In this document: positions 38,032-50,817 of the stretch, one piece after another
How positions within the stretch are numbered: the first letter of the stretch is position 1
How the letters are laid out: each line of letters begins with the position of its first letter
Source: Microthyrium microscopicum
Taxonomy: Eukaryota
DNA: 64,000 bases
Direction: 5' to 3'
Assembly (NCBI GenBank): GCA_010405405.1
Contig: MU004230.1
Span: 4,172,282-4,236,281 of the forward strand
Made by a program: the position numbers and the translations under genes
The notes under the pieces: generated by a model
What the model was told of the DNA's origin: nothing
Seen by the model: the letters and a program-made list of their open reading frames with translations, nothing else
Database searches by the model: none

Positions 38032-39280
38032 TCATGTCTCTTCCGGGTGTCGTTTCTTCCACCCCTCCCGAATCATCAAGCTATGCTCTCTTAGATCCTG
38101 CTCCGTAACACCATCCTCAATGCTTTTGATGACCTTACGCATCACAGAAACATGGTTGGCATCATTTTTATCATCGCGGAATCTTGGAGTGCCATCAGGT
38201 TCCTTCTTGAACCGCCAGTGGCCGCTATCAGCGACATAACATTCGATGATGCGGCCATCAAGCTGCTGATTCATACCCTTCATAGCTTCCCACTCATCAT
38301 CAGTCACAAACAAGTCAGCGAACTTCCTATAGTCGCCGTTGCTGTGATGGATGCATAGATTGAGTTCCGGGACAGCATCGTAGTCTTCGACAGGGCCAGC
38401 ACCATCGCCAGGATCCCACATGGGGAACGCGCCAAGCTGTAGCTTAAAGTCGACGCTGTTCTCGTTTGCGGGCTTCCATTTGAGGATTTGGTCATCTGTG
38501 CCGAATTGGTAGGGACCGTTTTTGCAGGTGAAGACTAGGCCGTCGTTGCCATGGGGTAGGTTTGGAAGCTTTTTCGAGAACATTTCGTCAAGGGCGTAGG
38601 GTTTGTCCATGTCTTTGAGGACCATTTCGTAGGGGCGGGACTTTTTGGCTTCTGGGTTGTTGCGGAGGTATTGGTTGAGTGGTTTTATTACGTAGGCTTG
38701 GACTCGGCCGATGCGCTTGTCGAAAGGTTTTTTGGATAGGAGCTCGCCGTCGAGGATGATGCAGTCGAATATTAGGAAGCGTTTGACTTCTGTTCCATCT
38801 TTGTAGCGGTCTGTTACTAGCTCTCCATCCAGAAGGGTTTCTTTGTGAAATTTCATCTGGGATTTGTTAGTCATGGCCGACGACATAATGCCAAGGAGAC
38901 ATGTTCATGAGCCAGGGTGTCATACCAATGTTGGATCCGCTTGGTGTGGTAGGTGGAAAGCTGTTGCATATCTGTTAGCTGCGAGCCTGGTAAGGCTGTC
39001 TGGTATAGAGCATACGATCTTGATAGTAGTAGTTGTTTTTGCGGTCGATGAGGTAATGTATTTCCTCTTGATCATCGCCTACAGTGCAGTATAAAAGGCA
39101 TCGAATGCCATCTGTTTTCTCGCATAGAAAGTAGTCTTCCTGACAAAGAGTTTGTAGATGCGCTCGTTCGAAGCTCACTGGCTGTGCGCCTGGAAATCCA
39201 GTGTGCTTCCGTTGAAGCAATTCGGCAACTTCATGTCGGAAATCTCCAGCTAAACCACCTGGTATTCTGTTAGCTGCCAT
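38032..39280 (-). CDS. CEG1: mRNA capping enzyme alpha subunit (guanylyltransferase)
   Basis: Motifs FPGAQPVSF, the catalytic CEKTDGIR, TLLDGELV, HGNDGLVF, ILKWKP.ENSVDF and RFRDDKNDANH. Two introns. Confidence 0.95.
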
Positions 39281-39738
39281 GGCGTGATGTGATTTATGAT
39301 TGTGGGCTTTATATGGTAGAAGGACAAATATATTTGCTGTGGTGCTTGAATTGCGACATGATGCCTGACTGTCTTGTAGCAATCATTATGAGGATGATCT
39401 AGATGTTGAGGTGGCAATCGAGTGCTATAGTGACCTTCAAAAGCGTAGCTGCTACCTCAGTCTCTCATAATATCTTGTACAGTGACTCGGCGCAATATGG
39501 AGGAATGAGTTGTAGTGGTGTTCATGAGAAGAGCTTACCGTCGGCAAGAAGGCCCGGAATAGTTGGAGGAGGGCCATGCATGCTGTTCTTGGCCGGAGAT
39601 GTGGAGAAGAGAAAGATAGGGGTCGAAACGGGAGGAATAAAGAAGATAGAGTGTTGAAGATTGGTGTACACCTTAAGAAGTAACTCAAACATTCAATCAT
39701 GGACCATGGATGATCAAGAAAGCACCGACGCTTGGGCC

Positions 39739-39946
39739 ACGCGCTAGCTGGCACCCCTCACGCGTCTTTCTTGTCTTTCGAGAATTGGAACTTAGCTTTG
39801 TGACACGCGCCGACCTTTCCTGCTCTCCTCTCTCCTCTTCACTCGCCCGTCTCTTCTCCATCCTATTACTCCATTGCGCAATTACGAAAGCTTGGTCCTG
39901 CGATACCCGGACAATTCGACTTCCTAGTTCAGACTCCAACACGCGA
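39739..39946. promoter_or_regulatory. MCB-like (ACGCG[T]) elements in the CEG1/PDS5 divergent promoter
   Basis: ACGCGT at 39760 and ACGCG cores near 39739, 39805 and 39941. Confidence 0.4.
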
Positions 39947-40040
39947 CCGACACCACCTGCCTTTCGCGCATGCTGCCCGTCGGCATAGATCCAATCGATC
40001 CATTGCGCACAAACAATCCGACATCTGCCTTCATCGCATA

Positions 40041-43000
40041 ATGGCGCCTACACGGCGATCGCGACGCATAGAGGCCGAGGAGGTACCATTGCCGTCTTCA
40101 GATGCCCCCGAGCCAGATGAGACGGAGCAAATCGCCTTGAAATTCAATCAACCTATATCATGGCCCGCAGGACGCCCAATCGCAGAAGGAGAGCTGATCA
40201 AGCGCTTGCATGCGTTTTATGACGAGCTAAAAGAGATGGATGATGGTGTGGACCTGGAAACGATACGTCCCAAGGCAAAGGACTTAGTGGCCGAGCGCCT
40301 GTTGAAGCACAAGAATAAAGGAGTCCAGGCATATACAGCGTGCTGTCTTGTTGAGATACTTCGTATATTCGCGCCAGATGCCCCATACACTGGAAAGGAA
40401 CTCAAGGTAATCTCTGCGATGTATATCGTACAATGACCTCCTAACAATCAAATAGACTTTGTTCGCAATGATCATAGAACACATAGTTCCTGCTCTGGCA
40501 AATTCTTCGGTACCTTATCACGAACAAAACCTTCACGTTATACGGTCCCTAGCCGACATTCAATCAGTCTTGCTCCTCGAAGATCTACCCTCGGCATCAC
40601 ATCTCTTCCGCGCATTGTTCACAGCTGCTTTTGATGTGCTCAGTGGGCCATCAAAATCTGGACACGAAGTCACAAAGAGTGTTGCTCATGCATTGACTGA
40701 AATGTTGAGCGTCGTGATAGCAGACACAAGCAATCTTCCTGATGAAGTCATCGACATTGTGCTTGCCCAATTCCTCCGAGCGGATCCTCGAGCATTGTCC
40801 TCTGGTAAGCCCAAAAAGGAACAAGGTCAATTCGACGACAAACAAGCAACATTAAACTTTAGAGATGCGCCCGCAGCATACACCATGGCTCAGGATATAT
40901 GCATTTCAAACGACGATAAAATGGCTCGATATGTACTCCGGTACTTTAGTTCAGTCCTTCTAGACACAACCATCATGACAGAAACATCTTTGCGAAAACC
41001 TCAGCGTAGGAAGCCGGATGACCTTGACGACGACGACGGCGCGCAAGGTCCGACCGAAGAGGAGTTGAAAGAATCCAAGAAAGCACATATGCTGTTACGA
41101 GAACTTTGGCGTGCGGCACCCACCGTTCTTCAAGAGATCATACCTCAATTGGAGCAAGAATTAACCACCGATAACACACCGATTCGTCTCATGGCAGTGG
41201 AAGCTGTTGGTGATATGATTGCCGGGATTGGAGCAGCTGGGCCACCTGCCGCTCAACCTCTGGATCCAGTGGCATACCCTTCACAAAGTCTTGATACTGA
41301 TACATCCAAGTCTTATCACTTTTTACTCACGCCTTCCTCTTCAGTCGCTTTTCCTACGAAGTACCATTCAACCTATGAAGCATTCTTGGCTCGCCGAAAC
41401 GACAAGTCTTCCAATATTCGAGCTGCCTGGGCGAAAGTCGTAGGTCGAATCATATCCACGTCTGCTGGTGGCGTTGGACTTGACTCTGATGAGGAAGATG
41501 AAATGCTCAAACACTTTGCTGTCTCGTTGCAGGATGGTGAAGAACGGGTTCGACATGCTGCCATCGAAGCCATACAGGAGTTCTCCTTCCAAGCCATCGT
41601 GCTGAAATTGGGCAAACTTGGTGGCGCTGCGACCCCTGGCACTATTATGGCAACTCTTGCAGATAGAGCTACCGACAAGAAGCTTCAGATTCGTATCGAC
41701 GCAATTCGTCTTCTTGCGAATATCTGGGGTGTGGGAGCGGGAGCTATTGCTCAAGGCGACGAAAAAGTTACTGAAGTTCTAGGGGCCATTCCTTCAAGAC
41801 TCTTCAATGCTTGCTACACCAACGATCCTGAAATCCACAAAGCAATTGATAGAGCGCTTTTTGATTCTCTTATACCACTTTCGTTCCCCCCAACAAAACC
41901 GGCGGTTGTGAACGAAGTCTCCCAATCGAAGAATGGCGATACTGCCTTTGATGGTGATCTCATTCGAGTGGAGAGAATGCTTCTACTTGTCAAATCTCTT
42001 GACGAAAAAGCCAAACTTGCTTTTCTTTCAAAGCAGAAACAACAGCCTTCTCAAGCTAAGGCTATGCTGATTTTTATCAACCATTGCGAGGCGTACAACG
42101 GCGGTGTGATTGAAGCCCCGGAAGGTAAAACGGAGAAAGATGTCGAGAACCAGCTTAAGCGCCTGATTCAGATGTTCGCTGAGAGACTACCTGAGTCGGA
42201 AAAAGCTGCCAGTGACCTCAACAAGTTTGCTAAGCAACATAATCGGCGATACTATAAACTGATCGGAAACTGTTGCTCATTGGAAAGCGACTGGGCCAAG
42301 ATTCGAAAGAGCATCAAGGAGTTGTCTAATAAAATCAGCGAATCGGTTTCGTCCACCTCTTTGCATTCATCAATGCTCGACACTCTCCTCACCATGCTCT
42401 ACCGTTGTAGCGTTTTGATCTACAATCCATCGAACGTGCCCGCAATCATTCACTTTTCGAGAACGGACGAGAAAGGTCTTGGAGCTACTGCGCATGAAAT
42501 GCTAAAAGAACTCTCAAAAACGCAACCCGAGGTGTTTAGCAATCATGTACAAGAACTTTGTAAAACCCTCACATCTGATGCACCCACGGCCAGCAAAACT
42601 CATCGAGCCAATGCGATAGACGACCTGAAGGCTTGCGCTGAGTTTGCAAGGAAGTTTTCAGAAAAGGTCCCCCAGGACCGCAAATTCTTTAATGCCTTGA
42701 TGTCATACGTGAAATTTGGTCTTCCGCTAGCCGCAAAGTATGCGACGAGAATTCTCTTGACCACTGCGCAGAAGAAAAACATGTTTGCAACGGAGATTTT
42801 CAAGGCGTGTGCTGAAGGCTTTGAGTATGGGAAGCCGGGATTCTTGTCTCGTCTTGCTGCCCTGAGTCAACTTGTCTTGCATGGCACTCAATTCCTTGAC
42901 GGCGAAGATATCAATGCGATCAACAACATTGCCATCAATCAGGTTCTGACTAACCCAGCTGCGACGTCGAAGTTCGACAGCGAGAAAGATGAACTTTGGA

Positions 43001-44247
43001 CCAATGAGCCAGATGACAACATTCAAGCCAAAGGATGGGCGCTTAAGATGGTGGTCAATCATTTGAGAGCATTACCGGATGACGATGCAGTCAAGGACTC
43101 CGCTGGCAATATTTACAAATTCCTCGATCTCGTCATATCAAAGGAGGGACAGGTTTCATCCAAGAATCCAGCACCGAAGTCTCATGCTAGTCGACTACGG
43201 CTGCTTGCAGCACAAAGCTTGGTCAAGCTGGCCCGGGAACAACGCTTCAGCGATCTTGTTACCCCAATGCTGTTTAACAAACTGGCATTGACAGCACAAG
43301 ATCCCGTACACAAGGTCCGAGAAGGTTTCGTAAAGAAGCTTATCAAATACCTTGGGCAGTCTCGTCTCTCCCAACGCTTCTATACACCCCTTTTTCTGCT
43401 TGCCTTTGAGCCCGAGGCTGTTTTGAAAGGAAGTACCGAAGCATGGCTACGAGCCCAGCTACGAGCCTATAAGCGTGAAAATACGATAGTGCTTCAGCTC
43501 ATTATACCGCGCTTGATCAGTCTTCTAGCCCACCACCCGGATTTCGATGACCAGCCGGAAACACTGTCCGAGATGGCTCGATACTTCATATTCTATCTCA
43601 AAGTGATATCCAACCAGGACAACATTTCTCTCATCTTCCACCTTACGCAGCGAGTAAAGAACGTGGGCGATGGCATCACGCCTGGTTCGCCCAATATATA
43701 CATACTCAGCGATCTCGCTCAAGCTGTAATTCAACGCTGGGTTGAGCGACAGAACTGGAGCATGACAACCTGGCCCGACAAAATTAATCTTCCCGGCGGC
43801 ATTTTTGCCATGCTAGAAAACACGAAGGTCTCGTACGACATTGCCAATAAGATGTACGTACCCGCCGAAGTCATCGAGGGTCTGGACGAGCTAGTGGCCG
43901 AAGGACTCCGGACGAAAAAGTCCAAACGCGCGCGACTCGAAAACGGCACGTCCAAAAGCAAGAAGCGAAATAGAGATTCGACCGAGGCCAAAAAGGACGG
44001 ACCAGTCAAGAAGAAGAAGGTGGCTAAGACCCCCAAACGCAAATTCAAGCTGGACGACAGCATCATGTCGAGTGAGCGGCGCCGCAGTGGACGCCAAACT
44101 GGCTCAAAGAGCTATGTGGAAGTCTCTGACGAAGACGCTGAAGAGGCCGAGGCCGAAGACGGCGCAGAGGAAGATAGCCATATGAATGGCACGGAGAAGG
44201 ATGTTCTTTCTATCGGTAGCGACTCGGATGAGATGGATGAAGACTGA
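40041..44247 (+). CDS. PDS5: Sister chromatid cohesion protein Pds5
   Basis: Motifs LLKHKNKGVQAYTACCLVEILRIFAPDAPY, LLRELWRAAP.VLQEIIPQLEQEL and PRLISLLAHHPDF. Long HEAT-like ORF with one intron and a basic/acidic tail. Confidence 0.95.
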
Positions 44248-44660
44248 GCGTTTTGTCTTTGCTTAGCCTGCGTGGTGTTATAGGATGGATGATTACGGCC
44301 TGTTCGATTGGCGTTGTGATGAAACGATGTTTGCTAGTATGTACAGTAACTCTTTGGGATTGGGTTTGATTTCGAAAGTACTCCATACTCCGTACTGGTA
44401 AAAGCCTGGAGCATATTTAGGTGTGAGCCTGGCGCGCTGTGTAAATACGTATTATACTCATCGGACATGAATTTGATAACATCGCAATATTCCCTTTACT
44501 ACAATATATTTTCAGCCTTGTCAGCCTTATCAAATAAAGGTTTAAAAGGGGCAACATGTGATGACGCGCTTGGACCCGACGCGATGGAAAAGTTACAACT
44601 TTTTTGAGACCTTCTTTCCCATCCAATGTATGTACTCAACCAACATCATCACATCCAGCC

Positions 44661-46568
44661 ATGTCCCGCGCATTACAGTCAATATGCATATTCTGCGAAA
44701 CTAAAACCATCTCATCCCTCACTCCTCTCCGTCGCCCAACTTCCATCGTCCTCTCCCCATCAGCATCCTCCATCCATCCCCAATGGAGCAACCAAACCCG
44801 CAACGTCTCCCGCCTCGCCGTCAAACGCAAACCCGCCCGTCTCGACCTCTCCCCCGACGTCGCAAAATCCCACCCTCGCAAAAAAGGCGGTGCCAAAGAC
44901 CGTCGCGGCTTCCGCGAAGGATTCGCCAACAATGGACCATGGGCGGGCATGAACCGCACACGCGTCAATCCCGCTTCTCTGCCTACTGCGAATTTGCGCG
45001 CAATGTCACAGGCGGGCGATAAGGCTTCGGCGGGCAAGAGTAATAATAAGTCGCGAGAACCGTTCCATGCGCTGAAGATGCAGCGTGCGCTGTCCCATGT
45101 GCCGTATGCGAAGAGGACGGCGATTAAGCAGGCGATGAGCGAAGTTGAGTCGTTTGCGCAGTTTGGGTTGGTGGAGAGGGTGCAGGAGGCGATTGTGCCG
45201 AATGGGTTGGGTGGGATGTTGGATGCGAAGCCGACGCCGATTCAGAAGTTGGCGATTCCAGCGCTGCTGGGGGAGAGGAAGAAGAGGACGCGGAGTAAAG
45301 AGGTTAGGAAGCAGTTTTTGTTGGCGGCGGAGACGGGGAGTGGGAAGACTTTGGCTTATATGATACCGACGATTGATGCTTTGAAGAGGCAGGAGGTTGA
45401 AGAGGAGGAGGCCGGTGAGGCTGAAAAGACGGCGAACAAGGAGGAAGAAAAGAAGACGTTGGATTTGTATGATTTAGAGGAGTTGGAGGCGCAAGAGGCT
45501 AAGTTGGCTGCTGGGAGACCGAGAATCATTATTCTGGTGCCGACTTCTGAGTTGGTGGATCAGGTTAACAAGACGGCAAAGGCTTTTGCTCATCACGTCA
45601 AGTTTCGGGCTCGGGCTATATCAACGGCATATTCAGCAGATGTCATTCGCAACAGCGTCTTCAACCCGGCTGGTATTGATATGCTGATCAGCACGCCCCA
45701 GCTACTTACGAGCATCGCACAAGCGACACCCGGCGTTCTATCAAAAGTCACACATCTTATCGTCGACGAAGCCGATTCACTCCTGGATAAATCTTTCGAA
45801 GAACACACAACAGAAATAATCAGCCGCACCACACCCTCGCTCAAACAACTCATCATGTGCTCCGCAACAATCCCTCGGAAAATGGACAACTATCTACGAG
45901 ACCACTACCCGGATATCGTGCGCCTCACCACACCCAATCTCCACGCCATTCCTCGACGTGTCCAGCTCGCCGTAGTCGACTGCGACAAAGGCAGCTTCTT
46001 TTGCAACAAAAACCTCGCCTGCGCCGACGCCATCTGGAACATTGGCAAGAAAGCCAGCGTACACGACTCAGAAGACTCCTCTTACGCCGAAGGCGATGGC
46101 ATCAAACGCGTCGTAGTATTTGTCAACGAGCGCAGCACCGTCGGTGAGCTGGCCACATACCTGCAATCCAAAGGCATCGACGCCACTGCCTTCACCCGCG
46201 ACACGGATGCGCGTGCCGAAAAGGACATACTTGCCGAATTCACGCAGGCTGATCTACCGCAAGGTTCTTCATCGGCAGTAGGAGGCATGAGCAAGGCATG
46301 GCAGACATCTGGAATTGCTCGCAAACTAGACAATGTGCGCGTCCTAGTCACTACGGATATTGCATCACGAGGCATTGATACGACGCCAGTGCGCGATGTG
46401 ATCCTGTACGATGTGCCAAACTCTACGATTGATTTTATTCATAGACTGGGCCGGACGGGACGCATGGGCAGACGAGGGCGCGGGATTGTGTTGGTGGGTA
46501 AACATGATCGGAGGGATGTGGTTAGTGAAGTCAAACACGGAATGTTCCGTGGCCAGGCTTTGATATAG
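44661..46568 (+). CDS. MRH4: Mitochondrial DEAD-box RNA helicase Mrh4
   Basis: Motifs PTPIQ, AAETGSGKTLAY, LVPTSEL, VDEAD, SAT, TDIASRGID and HRLGRTGRMG. The S/R-rich N terminus resembles a presequence, and the protein ends GMFRGQALI*. Confidence 0.9.
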   Translation: MSRALQSICIFCETKTISSLTPLRRPTSIVLSPSASSIHPQWSNQTRNVSRLAVKRKPARLDLSPDVAKSHPRKKGGAKDRRGFREGFANNGPWAGMNRTRVNPASLPTANLRAMSQAGDKASAGKSNNKSREPFHALKMQRALSHVPYAKRTAIKQAMSEVESFAQFGLVERVQEAIVPNGLGGMLDAKPTPIQKLAIPALLGERKKRTRSKEVRKQFLLAAETGSGKTLAYMIPTIDALKRQEVEEEEAGEAEKTANKEEEKKTLDLYDLEELEAQEAKLAAGRPRIIILVPTSELVDQVNKTAKAFAHHVKFRARAISTAYSADVIRNSVFNPAGIDMLISTPQLLTSIAQATPGVLSKVTHLIVDEADSLLDKSFEEHTTEIISRTTPSLKQLIMCSATIPRKMDNYLRDHYPDIVRLTTPNLHAIPRRVQLAVVDCDKGSFFCNKNLACADAIWNIGKKASVHDSEDSSYAEGDGIKRVVVFVNERSTVGELATYLQSKGIDATAFTRDTDARAEKDILAEFTQADLPQGSSSAVGGMSKAWQTSGIARKLDNVRVLVTTDIASRGIDTTPVRDVILYDVPNSTIDFIHRLGRTGRMGRRGRGIVLVGKHDRRDVVSEVKHGMFRGQALI

Positions 46569-46801
46569 TAGGGTTGGATTAGCAAGTACTAGGCATAATA
46601 TTTGATCGTCTGGAGGGCTATGAGTCTCTCTCTTCTCCTAACTTGGTACTGGTATCTCTGGAGATTCTAAAGCTGTGCAGTGACTCGACAAGACTGGTGT
46701 TTGTGCCGATCCTACTCTGTTTCTCATGATTCGCGATGGTAAATCATGTTTACGCTTTTGCTTGCTTTTTCGATGTTGGACTCGAGGAAAATTAGCAGAC
46801 G

Positions 46802-46943
46802 AGTTGAATCAAAGGGTTCACGAGAAAAACGTTTTCGAAAGGCAAACCAAACCAACAAGGTTCCGCTACGCGAATGAAGGAGAGTGTTTCTGACATGAAG
46901 TTGCAATGATTCTGGCAGCTCGGTGAAGTTGAATCAAAGGGTT
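46802..46943. repeat. Perfect 17-bp direct repeat AGTTGAATCAAAGGGTT, two copies 125 bp apart
   Basis: Copies at 46802-46818 and 46927-46943. Confidence 0.85.
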
Positions 46944-48311
46944 GGCCCCGCCGTTGTAGAATACATTTTGTTTGGGAGAACCAGATTGACAAGCGCAAAA
47001 CGAATGCATACTTAGTCTGTTATGGACTGTGAGTAGACCTCACAGGAAACATTAGAGCCAGTAGAAGGCAACTGGGCGGCAAGTTGGAGAGAGTACAGGC
47101 TGACGGCAGATTAGGCTGAGGAGAACCAGAGCCATTGGTGCCGGCGCTTATATTCCACGATATCGATCACTCCTCGGTTTTGCGATAACATGTAATTGGA
47201 AATTAGGTCAATTTTATCGACAATGAATTCGCCGATGATGGTCAGGGACATGTCGGATGATGCCCTTGTGGAAGGAAGGGGACTAGGTCCTCGACTCTTG
47301 CAACGACATGCGTTTCGTCCTGGCAAACTTTTGCACTCTCTACCGCTGCAATTCTCCCCAGATCACGAACTCGATTTCCACCACCCTGTCTTTGGCAATG
47401 AGGGCTCCTTGAACATTTGGTAGCTGTCGCACCTACTGCTACGGCCAGGCACCATTACGGACAACGGCCAATTCCGATTCAAAAGGACTTCTTCAGCACT
47501 TGGCTTTCTGGGCATCTCGAAGCGGCCATGCTGATACCTCGTATCAAGTACCTAAATGGCAACAGCCATCTTTTTTAAAACATCCTTGAGCAGAGGATAA
47601 TTGCTGTGATCCTTTTTCCACCGCCGAAGTTGGACTGTATGCTTGCTTTGTACCTAGACCACCACTCCACGCTTTGATATCACAAACTATTGATGAACGC
47701 AAATGTAAAGTTATACTTGAACCATGACCACCTACGGCACCGTGAGGTTACCCGTTTCCCGTCATCAAACGGTTCAGGGCACCGACATCGAGAACCATCC
47801 CAGAAGAAAAGGATCTGGTACCTGTCAAGCCCACCTTGTACCCGCATGTCATCCTCCAGCCCTGCTGAATCCCTAAGTGATTTCTCACTCCCGTCAACTT
47901 CAAGCCACGAACTTGGCACTTTCTATACAAGCCATGTCTGACAGCCGCCAAGGGCGTTTCCCCGTTCCTCAACAAGTTCCTAGCAGATAGTAGTCCTGAC
48001 GACAGAAACATGGGTTTCAATCGCTTGTCTATCACCATATGACCTAGCTTGGCAGGACCTCTGGTTCTGACAGCTCAAGCTCAATGCCCGCTAACTCACC
48101 TTGTCGTCAATCATGCCGGGCAAAGCGTCCCATCGTACATATATGTTGAATTTCGCATGATGCATATCCTCTTTTGTTCCCTCATTCAACCCATCTGGAG
48201 TATCAAGGGCCAATTTTGTTCTGCTCTTCTTCGTGTCATTCTTTTAGCTTCTTTTTTTTCGTCTCATACCTTGCTGGTCAAGTAGATCTTTCTTTCATAT
48301 AAACTTCCAGG

Positions 48312-49512
48312 ATGAAGACTTCTATTTACTACACCCTTCCAGCGCTAGTTGCTGCTGGCCCAGGCATCAACCCAAATCCAAACAGGAATTTTAACCCAGC
48401 TACCAGTCAAGGAACCTTTGGACCATTTACTCCAGCTCTTCAAGCCTCTGTTTTGGCTACTGGTGGTCCACAGATTGGCAATGTAGATGCTCGTAGTCTT
48501 CAGGCTATGCAGCTTGCCATCTCCAACTGGCAGACTGATACCGGACTTGTATCTGGTTTCCTAAATGTTGGAAAGAACACACAAGATCCCAATGCTTTCA
48601 AAGGCATTGCAGATGGTGCTTTCAAGGCTGAAGTCGATGAGCTTTCACAAAAGGCTGGTATGTATGCCAACGACTTCGATGTGAATATCTTTCTAACTCT
48701 TTATCAGTCTTGGACGCAGTCATTGGGAATGATCCACGAGTGTCAGTTGCCAACTTGACACTCACAAACGGAGTCTTCCAATCCGTCGTCGACAACCTCC
48801 AAATCATGTCCATCCAAGGCCAGAATAAGCAAAGCCTCATCGACGCCATCAACAACGTGCGCTGCACCCAAATCCTCCCATCCATCGACACCTACATGCT
48901 AGTGGCCGCATCATACATTGGCGACAATGTCCAGCAGCGCCGTGCCGTCCGACCTGTTGCATGCCAGGCACTTCTCGCACAAGCCAACTCCACCGCCTTC
49001 CCCAACGTCCCCGTAAGTGTCAACCCATCCTCATTCCATCCCAAGACTAATAATCTTCCCAGGGCACACCGCAAGGTACACCACAAGGCCTAGGTGATGG
49101 CAACATCAACGGCGTCCCCGGCGCCTGCCAAATGGGCGCCGGCAACCTCGCCCAAGCCAACGGCACCAACAACAATGCCCAAGGAAATCCAAGCAATACA
49201 GGTAATGCCGCAAACTTGCCACTCCAGAACCAGACGACTCCGCAACTTGGCTTGCCTGGTTTCAAGGGTTCACCTGGCTCTGTGAGCTCAGGCATTGGCA
49301 ATACCGGTAATGGGAACACTGGTAACGGAAATACAGGCAATGCGAGCAACGGCACCAGCACCAATACCGGCAACACTGCGAAGAAGGGCAAGAAGGGTAA
49401 AGGTGCGAAAGCTCTTCAGCCAGGTGGTGCAAAGGCTCCGGCTCCGGCTCCTCAGGCTGGTACTCGGCCTCAAAAGGCGCCAACTTTTGGCTTCCCAGGT
49501 CCCTTTAAGTAG
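48312..49512 (+). CDS. Putative secreted protein: helical core with a Cys pair, then a Gly/Asn/Thr-rich tail (3 exons)
   Basis: Short hydrophobic leader MKTSIYYTLPALVAA. Exons 48312-48657, 48708-49012 and 49063-49512 join in frame. Contains RCTQILPSIDTY...RPVAC and GNTGNGNTGN repeats. Confidence 0.75.
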
Positions 49513-49912
49513 ATGGACTGTGGAATTGCTTCGGGCAGAGGGGATGGGTTTTGTGAACCATGTACGATATGCACGCCTTTTTACGTTTCTATGTTGTTGA
49601 ACGATGAGCTGGTCTGTTTAGAGCAGCTCTGATTAGTTTTTCTGGAAAGTGCACAAAAATCCAATAAGATGCGCGAATGATTCCTTCCTCGTTCCAACTG
49701 CGGTGTTACTTGTGATCCGTACCTCTTATGATTTTGTGCACGGCAAAATTCGTGATTGCTCAGCCTGATGACGAACAAGGCTGAAGGTGGCGGGCCGGTC
49801 CACTAGCGTCGATTTGGGTTCCACTTGTTCAAGTCGGTTCCGATCAAGGAGTTGCAAGGTGGTTTCTATCAGTTCATATTTCCTAAAGGATCATTAATCT
49901 TTGTCAGCTAAA

Positions 49913-50771
49913 ATGGCCGCTGAAGATCTGTCGGATGGATTTTGGCTGTTTGGATACGGGTATGTTGTGTCTTCTTCTTGTTGCGAATATCAAATCTGAC
50001 TCAGATATAGGAGCTTGATATGGAAACCACCACCTAAATACGATCAGAGATTACCTGGGTACATACAAGGCTATGTCCGGAGGTTCTGGCAGGTAGGTTA
50101 AGATTGATTGTTCGGGGGCATGTCATCAACTCACGCCTTTGGTAGTCTAGGTAGGTTCAACCCTGTCTGATCGTCTAGAACATCGTTTCTAATCAGTCTT
50201 CTTTCGGCATGACAGTGAAGATCACCGCGGAACTCCTGAAGCACCAGGAAGAGTAGTGACGCTCATTGACTTTGATCACTACTCTACACTCGTAGATCAC
50301 CACAAATCCCCAGCTGACGAGAAAGTTTGGGGCGCAGCATATCATATCCCAGCTGAAGATGCTGCTGAAATGATAGAATACTTGGATATTAGGGAGCAAG
50401 GTGGCTACTCGGCGCAATATACGCCCTTTCATGTGGCCGGCGCAGTTGACAGTTCTGCCCCCAGAACTCTAAAGTGTATGGTCTACATTGGCCTGCCAGA
50501 AAACCCACACTTCATTGGGCCGCAAGATCCCCAGGCTTTAGCAGAGCATATTTTGCAAAGTCGCGGACCTAGTGGCGAGAATCGGGAGTATCTGTTCATG
50601 TTGGAGGAAGGATTGCGAGAATTGAACCCGCAGAGCGATTTGACGCATATAGACATGCACGTTAGCGATCTTGTTCAGCGATGTCTAGCAGTGGAGGCAA
50701 AAGGGAAGTCGCCAGCACATGGCTTGGAAAAGGTAACTAGCACAGATGAGCAGGAGGAGATTGAACGATAA
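49913..50771 (+). CDS. chaC: ChaC-family glutathione-specific gamma-glutamylcyclotransferase
   Basis: Motifs [48 protein letters not shown] and GPSGENREYLF. The frame requires a 5-nt microexon at 50146-50150. Confidence 0.93.
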
Positions 50772-50817
50772 TATAGAAATGCAAGCGCTGCGTGGAGTGT
50801 CGTTATAGTTCATAAGC

